Source: Gallionella sp.
GTDB lineage: Bacteria; Pseudomonadota; Gammaproteobacteria; Burkholderiales; Gallionellaceae
Direction of reading: 5' to 3'
Assembly (NCBI GenBank): GCA_030653355.1
Contig: JAURZN010000206.1
Location: 6,137 to 70,136 of the forward strand
Length of the DNA stretch: 64,000 nucleotides
The notes beneath the pieces are model-generated. The model had not been told where the DNA came from. It worked only from the letters and a program-made list of their open reading frames with translations, and ran no database searches. Each line of letters starts with the position of its first letter. The stretch's first letter is position 1. The position numbers and the translations under genes were made by a program. Of this stretch, positions 1-9,161 are shown in pieces.

Positions 1-2
1 AT

Positions 3-1409
3 CTACGCCCCCTGCTGAACCGGTTTGCGCATCGCCTTGAAAACCACCACCAGGAACATGATACCGCCTACCACGGCGATCAGTCCGCCCAACCCCATCA
101 ACCCCATACCTGCAGTTTGTGCAAAGCCGTGCAACTCCTGCGCGGCGCCCGCCACCTTGCGTTGCACTCCATAACCGCCGGACCACAGCAAACCCACAAT
201 GTGCAGCAGTTGCCCGACTCCGTACACATAAGGCATCAACGTAGCCCACTTCAATTCCGGCTCACGATAGCCCAGACGAGGCAACAAATGTAAAGTCAGC
301 CCCATGAAAGCCAGACTGATTGCGCCACCGGTTCCGTGATAATGCGCCGTGATAATAGTGTTGCTATCCCTGATCATCAGGCTTATCCCCGCGCCTATGG
401 CAAACAGGATGACCGATGAGAGCAAAGCCGCACGTTGCGGATGTGTCGATGCGTCACCCTTCCCCGCAAGGCTGCCATAGAGAATAGCCAAGCCGATGGG
501 TACGGGCGCGAATGCCCCCCCAACCCTCATCAACTGAGTGAACTGCTCCATATAGTCACCCAATATTCCGTTGTAATTCAAATAAATAACCGGAACATAC
601 AGCACGGGCAGCAGCCCCAGAATCAGCAAGAATGACGACACTCGCGGAGACAATGAGTTTTTCACACCACAGGCATCTGCCAGCCACAACCAACCGGCCA
701 GCATCAGTATCATATAAGTGAACTGGAGCACATGCCCCCCGCCCCAGAACAAAATATCAAAAAAAACCGTGCTATACAAATCGGTTGGAACAATGCCGTA
801 TGACCAGACAAAAGCAGCCAGCGCAAACAGCATCGAAATAGCTGCTGCATAAAAGCCGATGCGTAATGAACCTTCACCACCACGCCACAATGAAGCCGAC
901 GGCACCGCAAGTAAGCTGCGCAGCACCTGTATCGCCATACCCGCTGCGAAGCTGATCAACCCGGAAAAAAAGAACGTGCTTTGTATCACCGGCACATAGT
1001 TGCTCATCAGCGGCTTGCCTGTCGCCACGAAGGGAGACAGCACGATGATCAAAGCGCCAATTGAGGAAAGCAGTAACGCCAGCCAGCCTACCCCGATGAA
1101 TCTGGATGTTGAATTCAGACTCCACAACACGCCGGCGAATGCCAGAAACCACAACAATACGGATAAATCCACATGCACCACGAGCGCAGTGTGGAAAAAA
1201 TCGACCCAGGGAAAAATATCCTGAAGATAAGGGGTGCGTGCCAGCACCAGCAAAATGGCGAAAACCCCAGCCCCTACCAGCGAAGCAATTCCGAGCCACA
1301 ACCAGCCGGAAGCCAGCCTGCGCCCGGCATCGGATGGCATGGTCAGCACATATCCGCGTTTACCACCCTCAGTTTCGTTATCGGCCTGCTGAAATGCTGC
1401 ACTCATCAT
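3..1409 (-). CDS. Divergent heme-copper oxidase subunit I-like membrane protein lacking the CuB His-His pair
   Basis: 468 aa polytopic protein with helix II His (ALVVHVD), helix VI WGGGHVLQF, helix X AHYHG and C-terminal GVQRK; no HH pair between helix VI and X. Confidence 0.75.
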   Translation of the reverse strand: MMSAAFQQADNETEGGKRGYVLTMPSDAGRRLASGWLWLGIASLVGAGVFAILLVLARTPYLQDIFPWVDFFHTALVVHVDLSVLLWFLAFAGVLWSLNSTSRFIGVGWLALLLSSIGALIIVLSPFVATGKPLMSNYVPVIQSTFFFSGLISFAAGMAIQVLRSLLAVPSASLWRGGEGSLRIGFYAAAISMLFALAAFVWSYGIVPTDLYSTVFFDILFWGGGHVLQFTYMILMLAGWLWLADACGVKNSLSPRVSSFLLILGLLPVLYVPVIYLNYNGILGDYMEQFTQLMRVGGAFAPVPIGLAILYGSLAGKGDASTHPQRAALLSSVILFAIGAGISLMIRDSNTIITAHYHGTGGAISLAFMGLTLHLLPRLGYREPELKWATLMPYVYGVGQLLHIVGLLWSGGYGVQRKVAGAAQELHGFAQTAGMGLMGLGGLIAVVGGIMFLVVVFKAMRKPVQQGA

Positions 1410-1951
1410 TTTTCCTTATTTTGTAATTTTGGTTCTGTATTCTTGTTTTTAAAAATAAATCCACCCGTTGCCGCCTTGAAATCTATCACCATGATATGCC
1501 CTGGCGCCAGCGTCACAGTTTCTTCCCTGACATAGTTATATTCCTCGCCATCGTGATCTTTCAGGCGTGCCTTGAGTGTATGTATGCCCGCCTTCACGGG
1601 TATGCGCCGGTAAATATTAGAATTACCACTGCTGGAGAATCCGGCAGGCTTCAGTATCACATGATATAGCTGTTTTCCATCCATTTCGAGTTCTACAACC
1701 ACATTAGAACGCTTGCGATTAGGGCATATCGTGGTTACTTTTCGCTGGTAAGGGGGGAGTTTGGCCAATTCTTCAGGAGTACGTTCGCGGCACTCACCCA
1801 TGTGCTGACCGGCATGACTAAAACTCAGCTTGATCAAGGTCTCATCCGGCGGAAGGTGGGTATAAACAGGCGAGGTAGAAAAATAGCCAATTACACCCAT
1901 AAACAGCGCATAGAACACGCCCTGACCCAGATATTGCAAGGGCTTAGTCAT
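1406..1951 (-). CDS. Membrane-anchored hypothetical protein of the eNOR cluster
   Basis: 181 aa, one N-terminal TM, two Cys, overlaps both neighbouring genes. Confidence 0.7.
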   Translation of the reverse strand: MTKPLQYLGQGVFYALFMGVIGYFSTSPVYTHLPPDETLIKLSFSHAGQHMGECRERTPEELAKLPPYQRKVTTICPNRKRSNVVVELEMDGKQLYHVILKPAGFSSSGNSNIYRRIPVKAGIHTLKARLKDHDGEEYNYVREETVTLAPGHIMVIDFKAATGGFIFKNKNTEPKLQNKEK

Positions 1952-3851
1952 GTTTCACCTCTTCGCTGGATACGGGTGTTTTCACAAGCGGCGCGATCTG
2001 GCACGAAAACGAAAAAGCATCTGAAAAATACTGATTTTCCGGCAATCCCCTGGCCATGAAGGGTGCACGACCAGCCTCCACCATCTCGGGCGAACCGCAG
2101 GCATAAATCTGATAACCGTCAAGCTCTGGATAGTCCTGCAAGATTGCCTCGTGTATCAGACCGGTTCTACCCTGCCAGCCAGGTTCATCCTGCGCTTCGG
2201 ACAATACCGGTATGAATTTGAAATTATCATGCGCCTGTTGCCATTTTTCCGGTAAATCCGAATACAGATCCGCTGTCACTCTAGCCCCCCAATACAGCAC
2301 CATAGGGCGATTCAGCCCGATATTGAAGGCATGTTCCACCATACCCTTGATGGATCCGAAACCACATCCCCCAGACATGAAAATAATGGGTTTATCATCG
2401 TTTTCGTGCAGGAAAAAACTGCCCAACGGTCCTTCCACCCGCAACACGTCACCTTCTTTCATCTCGTTAAAGACGTGGCTGGTGAATTTCCCGCCTTCCA
2501 CCAGACGGATATGCAATTGCAGGTGATCGGCCTCATGCGGCGCATTGGCAATGGAATAACTCCGCTTGCTGCCATCCTCCAGCAATACAGCAATATATTG
2601 TCCGGCGATAAAGTTCATCCGTGCCTCCCCCTGCGGACGCAATTCAAGCAACATCACATCCGGCGCAACCCGCTGCATTTTTTGCACCCTGAAATTCATT
2701 ATTTTTACCGGGTGACACTCTATGGACAAATCGGATAAGGGTTTTGCGCAACAGAACAGCGCCTTGCCCTCCGCCTTTTCTGCATCGCTGAGCGCACTCT
2801 TGTGGTAAGTACCGTAATCGACCCTGCCTTTCAATACCTTGCCCTTGCAGGCACCGCAAATACCTTCCCGACAAACATAGGGTAAATTCAGTTCCTGGTT
2901 CAACGCAGCCTCAAGTATGGTTTCCCCCTTACGGGCAATGAGTGTATGCCCGCATGCGGTGATTTCGTATTCGTCCTTGCCGCGCCGACTTCCACCCACA
3001 AACGGCAACACGAGAAGGAAAGCGGTGACTCCGCCTGCAAACAGCCAAACATTACCCGGCCCCCAGGCATACATCAGCGGGAAGCTCCAGAGATAAAACC
3101 AATCCATCTCCAGCACAGATGGCGAATAGTTTAAATTTGCGGCTCCTTGGCTTAAGGCAGGCTTGAGCAGTGACAACACCACCATGGATGCGATCAGCCC
3201 TATCGTGAGCACCTTGGGCGTAGAGGTCTTAGCCTCGGAAACGCGCTGTGTGTGCATCCATATGATGGCAAAAGTGACTAATGGGATGCCTATGTGTATC
3301 AGGGATAACAGCGAAAAGAAACGGTCGTTGACACTACCCTGCTCCAGAAAGTTACGGGCCAGAGCGGCACTAAAGATAGGCAATGAATCCAGCCACTCTG
3401 CGGTGGCCACAGCTACAAACTGCGCCAGCTTATCCCACACCAGCCAGTAACCATTTATCCCGGCCATGTATACCAGCCATAGCAAGGCTATGCCGGTGAA
3501 CCAGGAAAACCAGCGGAAGTTACGATATCGGTCAAAGACAAAATTACGCAGCATATGCAAAATGGCGGCCAGCACCATGCCGTCGGAAGCATAACGATGC
3601 AGGCTGCGCATTACCCCGCCCAGATACCACTGGCCATGAGTAAGACGCTCCACCGAGCTATACGCATCATCCACGCCGGTATCATAAAAAGCATAGATAT
3701 AGAAACCGCTGGCCATGACGATCCAGAACATCAGGTAGGTGATTGCCCCCAGATAATAAAAAGGGTTGAGTGCAGTCCCAAAGGGCACGTTCAGCATATT
3801 TTCCAAACGCAGAAAAACATGTCGGCCCAGCCGATGAATAAATTTGATCAC
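1944..3851 (-). CDS. Cytochrome b/b6-[2Fe-2S] ferredoxin-FAD/NAD(P)H reductase fusion
   Basis: Four heme His (MRSLHRY..LHMLR; IHIG..WMHTQR), CREGICGAC..CC cluster motif, RSYSIAN FAD motif, GGCGF and YACGSPEM NAD motifs; GTG start at 3851 after GGAG. Confidence 0.85.
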   Translation of the reverse strand: MIKFIHRLGRHVFLRLENMLNVPFGTALNPFYYLGAITYLMFWIVMASGFYIYAFYDTGVDDAYSSVERLTHGQWYLGGVMRSLHRYASDGMVLAAILHMLRNFVFDRYRNFRWFSWFTGIALLWLVYMAGINGYWLVWDKLAQFVAVATAEWLDSLPIFSAALARNFLEQGSVNDRFFSLLSLIHIGIPLVTFAIIWMHTQRVSEAKTSTPKVLTIGLIASMVVLSLLKPALSQGAANLNYSPSVLEMDWFYLWSFPLMYAWGPGNVWLFAGGVTAFLLVLPFVGGSRRGKDEYEITACGHTLIARKGETILEAALNQELNLPYVCREGICGACKGKVLKGRVDYGTYHKSALSDAEKAEGKALFCCAKPLSDLSIECHPVKIMNFRVQKMQRVAPDVMLLELRPQGEARMNFIAGQYIAVLLEDGSKRSYSIANAPHEADHLQLHIRLVEGGKFTSHVFNEMKEGDVLRVEGPLGSFFLHENDDKPIIFMSGGCGFGSIKGMVEHAFNIGLNRPMVLYWGARVTADLYSDLPEKWQQAHDNFKFIPVLSEAQDEPGWQGRTGLIHEAILQDYPELDGYQIYACGSPEMVEAGRAPFMARGLPENQYFSDAFSFSCQIAPLVKTPVSSEEVKHD

Positions 3852-3983
3852 CTGAAAACTCCGAAAAACAAGGCTAAAAAAAGTACCGGCACACAACGCG
3901 TGAACAGGAAGGTGTTGGGCGGGTTGCTGACAAAATTTACGCCTGCAAGCACAATCGCTTTGCAGTGAACCGTTGGAAATAAT

Positions 3984-4901
3984 TCAGGCATGATGACCGT
4001 GATTACGCTTGGGGCTGCCACGGAATTCTTTCACGATCCACCAGGTGATAAACAACGAGACCAGAATACCCAGTCCAATTCCATAAAAGAAGCTGTAATC
4101 AACGGTATATTTCCCGGTTTGCGAGTCATACACCGTGCAGAAGAAACGCACGCTCTTGGCGATACCGTCAAAGCCTGACTCAGCTGCATCGAAATTGTAA
4201 ATCGGGTCAGTGTTTTTGACGTTGTAGATCATGTTTTTTAGCGGTTCGAGCAGTGTTCTATTCTCAAACTCATCCCCGTAGATATGCAGATTAACCTTGC
4301 CGTTCGCATCAATAAAAGTAGTCTGGGTCGTATGATTAAACCCACCCTCAGGAGCGGGCATAAAAACAAATCCCAAATCCTTGCTCAATTTATTAATCGT
4401 TTCAGCGTCGGCGCTAACGAATTCCCAGTTGGGGACTTTTACATCCAGACGTTTGGCGAAATTATCCATCTCCTCGGGGGTGTCGTTATCAGTATCAAAA
4501 CCGATGGTAAGCACCCTGAAGCTATCAGCGCCCAGCGCCTCCCTGGATTCTTTAAGTGCGGTCAGATTTCGTGTTGTGGTCACGCAGATGAACGGGCAAT
4601 GCGTATAGATCATGCTGATAATCAAAGGCTTGCCGAGATAATCAGACAATCTGACTTTACGCCCGCTGTGGTTCAGAAAGGTGTAATCACCCAACTGATT
4701 GCCGATTGCACCCTGGCTTGTTTTCAGCGCTTCTACCGGATCAAAATACTGCTGATTTGTTTCGGGTTGCACCTGCAGCTTTGTGGTAGAGACCGTTGTT
4801 TCGTATAATTTTATACCCTTGACTTCATTAGTCTGCGCCCATGCAGGTAGTACTGCGGAGAACAAAACCGCAAAACTCAATGGTACAAGGAGGTGAAACA
4901 T
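3984..4901 (-). CDS. SCO family copper chaperone
   Basis: YTHCPFIC (CxxxC) plus FNH; C-terminal FCTVYD motif and TM; start chosen at ATG 4901. Confidence 0.88.
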   Translation of the reverse strand: MFHLLVPLSFAVLFSAVLPAWAQTNEVKGIKLYETTVSTTKLQVQPETNQQYFDPVEALKTSQGAIGNQLGDYTFLNHSGRKVRLSDYLGKPLIISMIYTHCPFICVTTTRNLTALKESREALGADSFRVLTIGFDTDNDTPEEMDNFAKRLDVKVPNWEFVSADAETINKLSKDLGFVFMPAPEGGFNHTTQTTFIDANGKVNLHIYGDEFENRTLLEPLKNMIYNVKNTDPIYNFDAAESGFDGIAKSVRFFCTVYDSQTGKYTVDYSFFYGIGLGILVSLFITWWIVKEFRGSPKRNHGHHA

Positions 4902-5009
4902 GATTTTAACTTCCGTAATTAGTGGCTGGACGTCATGAGAGGATCGTTGCTTTACCGTAACCCTCCCACCAACGAAAGCCTGAACCAGACAGGCGGCCAA
5001 TTTATCTGG

Positions 5010-5888
5010 TCAGACGAAGAAGCTTTCCAGCATCAGTGCAAATAACAGCAAACTGAGTTGCAACATGGAAGCAAAAAAATTCGACATGGCCGTTTTCTTT
5101 GTTGGATTGCGTACCAGTTGCACGCTCTTAATCAGAAAATACGTTCCGCCCGCCACTGCGCCAACGAAATAAATCCAGCCTAAACCGTAATAAATCGGCA
5201 TCAGCGAGACCAGTACCAGAAGCACTGTGTGTCCCAATATAATACGCGCTGCCTTATGATCGCCTTTTACCACGGGCAACATGGGTACGCCTGCCGTCGC
5301 GTATTGTTCACGGTAGGCTATTGCGAGACTCCAGAAATGCGGAGGTGTCCATAAGAACAACACCAAGGCCAGCAAGGTGGGAAGTGGACCGAAGGACGGA
5401 TCGATAGCCGCCGCGCCGGCAAGTACCGCAAAACTCCCGGCCAACCCGCCAAACACGATATTCAACCAGGTGCGCCGCTTCAACCACACGGTATAAACGA
5501 TGGCATAGGTAAAAGCACCCAGGAAAATATTCAGCGCCACCATTGCATTGAGTGCAAAAGTAGCCGTTGCTACCGCAGTCAACAGCAATAACCCGATAAT
5601 TGCCAACCATTTAGGACTGTGTTTAAAAAATCCAGTCACGAAGGGGCGATTTTTTGTACGCAGCATCTTTGCATCCATATCTCGTTCGCTGTACTGATTG
5701 AAGGCACCGGCAGCAGCCGAACCCATCAAAACCGTCAACGAAAGAATCAGGATTTTCCAGGCTGGAAGCGAGTCGCCCGGGGTAATCGCCATCCCACCCA
5801 GCGCCGCCAAAGCAATCACCAGACCTATGCGCAACTTGAAAACATTGACGTATTGTTTGATCATGATTTTAAATCCTTGTTTTTTCAC
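5010..5888 (-). CDS. ctaB: Protoheme IX farnesyltransferase (heme O synthase)
   Basis: NQYSERDMDAKMLRTKNRP, YTVWLKRRT and WTPPHFWSLA motifs. Confidence 0.95.
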   Translation of the reverse strand: MKKQGFKIMIKQYVNVFKLRIGLVIALAALGGMAITPGDSLPAWKILILSLTVLMGSAAAGAFNQYSERDMDAKMLRTKNRPFVTGFFKHSPKWLAIIGLLLLTAVATATFALNAMVALNIFLGAFTYAIVYTVWLKRRTWLNIVFGGLAGSFAVLAGAAAIDPSFGPLPTLLALVLFLWTPPHFWSLAIAYREQYATAGVPMLPVVKGDHKAARIILGHTVLLVLVSLMPIYYGLGWIYFVGAVAGGTYFLIKSVQLVRNPTKKTAMSNFFASMLQLSLLLFALMLESFFV

Positions 5889-5971
5889 TCTCCGACGTCA
5901 GAAAAAAGTGCGGATCAAGTTTAGTGCATCCTTGTTTCCGGGCACTTCCAAGCGAAACCGTGTCAATTCCT

Positions 5972-5987
5972 TGCATCAACAGTGCCA
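5972..5987 (-). promoter_or_regulatory. Candidate sigma54 promoter upstream of ctaB
   Basis: TGGCACTGTTGATGCA with GG-N10-GC spacing, ~85 bp upstream of ctaB. Confidence 0.4.
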
Positions 5988-6020
5988 GACTTGGCGCCTA
6001 CATTCATCGATATTTCCGGT

Positions 6021-6047
6021 AAAAGGGATGCCTCGCGGCATCCCCTT
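6021..6047 (-). terminator. Intrinsic terminator-like hairpin after subunit I
   Basis: GGGATGCC-GCGA-GGCATCCC followed by TTTT on the minus strand. Confidence 0.6.
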
Positions 6048-6061
6048 ATCACCGCGTTCCC

Positions 6062-7780
6062 TCAGGACATGCCCCAAACGGTGGACAGATACTTGAAGTT
6101 GATGAAGTAGTAAAGAATGATCGTTGCAAACAGGATCATCGCCAACACGAAAGTACCCGGTGCTTCCATACCCCAGATACCAATGTGTTTTTTGCCTGAT
6201 TTCTCGAACACAACATCGGCATCTTCTACCTTAGGCCATGGTGCTGAATCTTCAGCAATGCGTTCACCTGTAAAGATGGATGCCAGTACAACGATAATAA
6301 ACATGACCGCACCGACTGACATAATCACACCGAAAATTTCCCCGATGTCCATCAATCCCTTGGCAATCTCAGGATATTGATACGCCAGCGGCTGGCCTGC
6401 AAAGGTAATATCCGCATGACGACGCTGTACACCCATGGTACCTGCACCCATTAACGCGATGGAAAAGACCCATGCGCCAAGACTGAATACATAGGGTTGC
6501 CATTTCGCCATTCCAGTCAGAGCGATCTTGCGCTGGAATACCACCGGGATCAGCCAGTATGTAGCCGCCATAAACGCCATGGTGGTACCCACAACCAACG
6601 TACCATGGAAGTGCCCCGGCAGATACATGGTGTTATGGATAATCATGTTGATTTGTTCAACACTCATTACCACACCGGTAATACCGCCGATGAAACCGAA
6701 ACCGACCAGAGACAGGAACATACCGGAAAATATCGGATTGCCCCATGGAGCCTTGCGCAGCCAGGTAAACAAACCGGCATCAAGGCCTTTCTTGCGTTGT
6801 GCCACCTCGATTGAGCCCGGTACTGTCAAGCCATGTATCATGCTGGCCAACACCGCCAGATAAATCATGTAGCTGGTGTTGAATATCTTCCAGGCAGAAG
6901 TCAGACCCGGATCGGACAGCAGATGATGCGCAGAACCCAGTTGCAGAAACAGGATGTACAACAGAAATGCGCCCCGGCTTACCTTCTCTGACATGGGCTT
7001 GGCGCCAAATACCAGCGACGAGATCAGATACCAGATGGAGATGTGGGTGACCACGTTAATCTGCTGTGATGAGTGACCGAATCCCCACCAGACCACACGA
7101 TACATCATGGGATCAATATGCTCGATCAGACCCACTGACCACAGGAAGGTCGGAATCAGAATCAACGCGCCGGATACGATGGTAAATACAGCAATGATCG
7201 TCGCCGTTACACCGCCAAAAACCACCAGTGGGAGCGAACCGCTGTAAGTCTTCTCTCTTTTGGCAATCACCAGTGTGCCCAGAAACACGAAGCAGCCTAT
7301 CAGCGCGCCCACAGCAAACAGGATCAACCCCAGGTAAAAATGGGGTTCCGCTGTAAGCGGCACGTAAGAGGTCATCATCACGCTTGAATTTCCGCCCAGC
7401 ACAGCAACAGCGACCATGGCTGCGCCGACCAGCATCAGCCAGAACTGTGTCCATGCCCATCGCGGCGTAGCCAGACGGTTACCCAGCACATGCGCACCGA
7501 GAAAATACAACACGGCCATCTCGAAAAATATGATCCATACCGCCAGATTAATCAGGCCATGAGCCGTCAGAGCCAGATAGAAAATCTCCGGCGAAAGCAG
7601 TTGCACACTGGGCATACGAGTTAGCGCTACGCCGAGGCCAAACAACCCACCGACCAGCAAGAACACGACTGCCGCAAATGCATTCCATTTGACCAGTGTG
7701 TTAGCTGTTCTATTGATTTTTAGACCGGATACGGGGTCGACGCGATATTCAGACATTGTTGTCGTTGACATTATGCTCAC
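6062..7780 (-). CDS. Heme-copper oxidoreductase subunit I, B-family derived, eNOR-type nitric oxide reductase
   Basis: All six ligand His present (TAHG, WGFGHSSQQ, SAHHLL, GHFHG); Gln at His+4 where O2 reductases carry the cross-linked Tyr. Confidence 0.85.
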   Translation of the reverse strand: MSIMSTTTMSEYRVDPVSGLKINRTANTLVKWNAFAAVVFLLVGGLFGLGVALTRMPSVQLLSPEIFYLALTAHGLINLAVWIIFFEMAVLYFLGAHVLGNRLATPRWAWTQFWLMLVGAAMVAVAVLGGNSSVMMTSYVPLTAEPHFYLGLILFAVGALIGCFVFLGTLVIAKREKTYSGSLPLVVFGGVTATIIAVFTIVSGALILIPTFLWSVGLIEHIDPMMYRVVWWGFGHSSQQINVVTHISIWYLISSLVFGAKPMSEKVSRGAFLLYILFLQLGSAHHLLSDPGLTSAWKIFNTSYMIYLAVLASMIHGLTVPGSIEVAQRKKGLDAGLFTWLRKAPWGNPIFSGMFLSLVGFGFIGGITGVVMSVEQINMIIHNTMYLPGHFHGTLVVGTTMAFMAATYWLIPVVFQRKIALTGMAKWQPYVFSLGAWVFSIALMGAGTMGVQRRHADITFAGQPLAYQYPEIAKGLMDIGEIFGVIMSVGAVMFIIVVLASIFTGERIAEDSAPWPKVEDADVVFEKSGKKHIGIWGMEAPGTFVLAMILFATIILYYFINFKYLSTVWGMS

Positions 7781-8334
7781 TCCTTCACGTAAATTCTGCC
7801 CAACATCGTATGGTGACCCATCGTGTCACCACCACCGCAGTATTCGCCGCATGCTATGCTGAAAATACCGGTTTTGTTCGGGGTCAAATTTAACACCTGC
7901 TCATAACCCGGATAAACCTGAAAGTTAATATTTTCTGGCTGCAACGAGAATCCGTGACCCACATCAAGAGATGACATGTGCAAGCGATAGGTCTTGCCTT
8001 TCTGAAACTCAAGGATTGGACGCCACTGCCACATCATGCCAGCCAGATAGACATCGCTGCCTGGCGGAGGCGCTACTACGTCTTCACCCGTTGCTTCATC
8101 CTGACGAACGGTGTATTTCGCCTGCATATCGGCTACTTTTTGTGAAAAGGCTTCAGGTGTGGTTTTATAGGTCTCATTACTCATGTTCTGATTGCCGATC
8201 CAGTGCCAGCCTATCATCCAGCCAAACATGAAGATGCACCAGGTAAATGAAAGCACGATCCAAATCATTTCGGTGCGCTCTATCGGTTCACGCCACCAGT
8301 CTGGATTAGTGGGCGGGGTATAAGAAGTTCCCAT
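7777..8334 (-). CDS. Heme-copper oxidoreductase subunit II (CuA)
   Basis: Single TM, DVGHGF and CGEYCG..GHHTM CuA ligands; AAGGAG RBS before ATG 8334. Confidence 0.9.
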   Translation of the reverse strand: MGTSYTPPTNPDWWREPIERTEMIWIVLSFTWCIFMFGWMIGWHWIGNQNMSNETYKTTPEAFSQKVADMQAKYTVRQDEATGEDVVAPPPGSDVYLAGMMWQWRPILEFQKGKTYRLHMSSLDVGHGFSLQPENINFQVYPGYEQVLNLTPNKTGIFSIACGEYCGGGDTMGHHTMLGRIYVKE

Positions 8335-8366
8335 AGCTATATCTCCTTTATCTATATAAACGAATC

Positions 8367-8522
8367 TTACGGTGCCATCGGTATATTGATTATGTTCCAC
8401 AGACCCCACAAGGTATAAAACACCGCAGGCACTGCTACACCCAACACCAGCAAAATCCAGTTATTGTCCAACAATTTCTGCATTGCATGAGGCTCTACAT
8501 CACCTGAAATTGGTTCTGACAT
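8367..8522 (-). CDS. Small single-TM protein (51 aa), probable small subunit of the eNOR complex
   Basis: MSEPISGDVEPHAMQKLLDNNWILLVLGVAVPAVFYTLWGLWNIINIPMAP; AAGGGGAG RBS; below the ORF-track cutoff. Confidence 0.75.
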   Translation of the reverse strand: MSEPISGDVEPHAMQKLLDNNWILLVLGVAVPAVFYTLWGLWNIINIPMAP

Positions 8523-8663
8523 GATTTATTCTCCCCTTAGCTATATTGATTGAAGACACAGCAATAATATTGAAACTTAAAAAACACCCACATTTTTCTT
8601 ACCCACTAAAACTGTGCGACTAAACACCCTACCTATGCCGCCCCGAAAATGACCTCACAACAA

Positions 8664-8807
8664 TTAATGGTCGAGCAGCAAAAAAAGGCCAATCGACAAA
8701 TAGGCCAGCGCGCTAACAGCTAAAAATACCGTTAAAAGCAAAAATTTGTTGTGCCACATCTGGTGCATAAAGGAAACTTGAGTATTGCCCATACTGGATG
8801 ATTCCAT
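8664..8807 (-). CDS. Small single-TM protein (47 aa), paralog of 8367-8522
   Basis: MESSSMGNTQVSFMHQMWHNKFLLLTVFLAVSALAYLSIGLFLLLDH; GGGAGG RBS. Confidence 0.6.
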   Translation of the reverse strand: MESSSMGNTQVSFMHQMWHNKFLLLTVFLAVSALAYLSIGLFLLLDH

Positions 8808-9031
8808 TTTTTACCCTCCCGTTTGTATTAACTTACCAGATACACACATCACACGCTCTGCCAGTTACAAAAAACATCAGCGCACACTACCACGTATAAA
8901 AACCTATAAAATCAATTGCAAACACGCTAATCATAGGTGATTGTACCAGGCAACGCTTGCATTAGAGCACACTTTCACATCTTGCATTTTTGTTGTTAAA
9001 AGCGAAACCACAGCACCAACACCTCAGTTTA

Positions 9032-9054
9032 AACATATAGCATCGATACATGTT
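9032..9054. promoter_or_regulatory. NsrR-type operator
   Basis: AACATATA-N7-TACATGTT, 23-bp inverted repeat resembling the NsrR box AAGATGCA-N7-TGCATCTT. Confidence 0.7.
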
Positions 9055-9057
9055 TAG

Positions 9058-9086
9058 AGAATAAACGTAATAAAATAAATTGTCAA
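9058..9086 (-). promoter_or_regulatory. Sigma70 promoter of the eNOR operon
   Basis: TTGACA-N17-TATTCT. Confidence 0.7.
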
Positions 9087-9161
9087 AGTAATATTTACCG
9101 AACGCTTTGTTCCGAATGGCAAACCCGCGCTCCTATAGCCAGCCTCAAGTAAGGATGCGAA

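Noticed and set aside
3-7780. Calling the two subunit-I genes ordinary aa3/cbb3 cytochrome c oxidase
   Set aside because: Neither has the helix VI His+4 Tyr, one lacks the CuB His pair, and there are no ccoO/ccoP or subunit III genes
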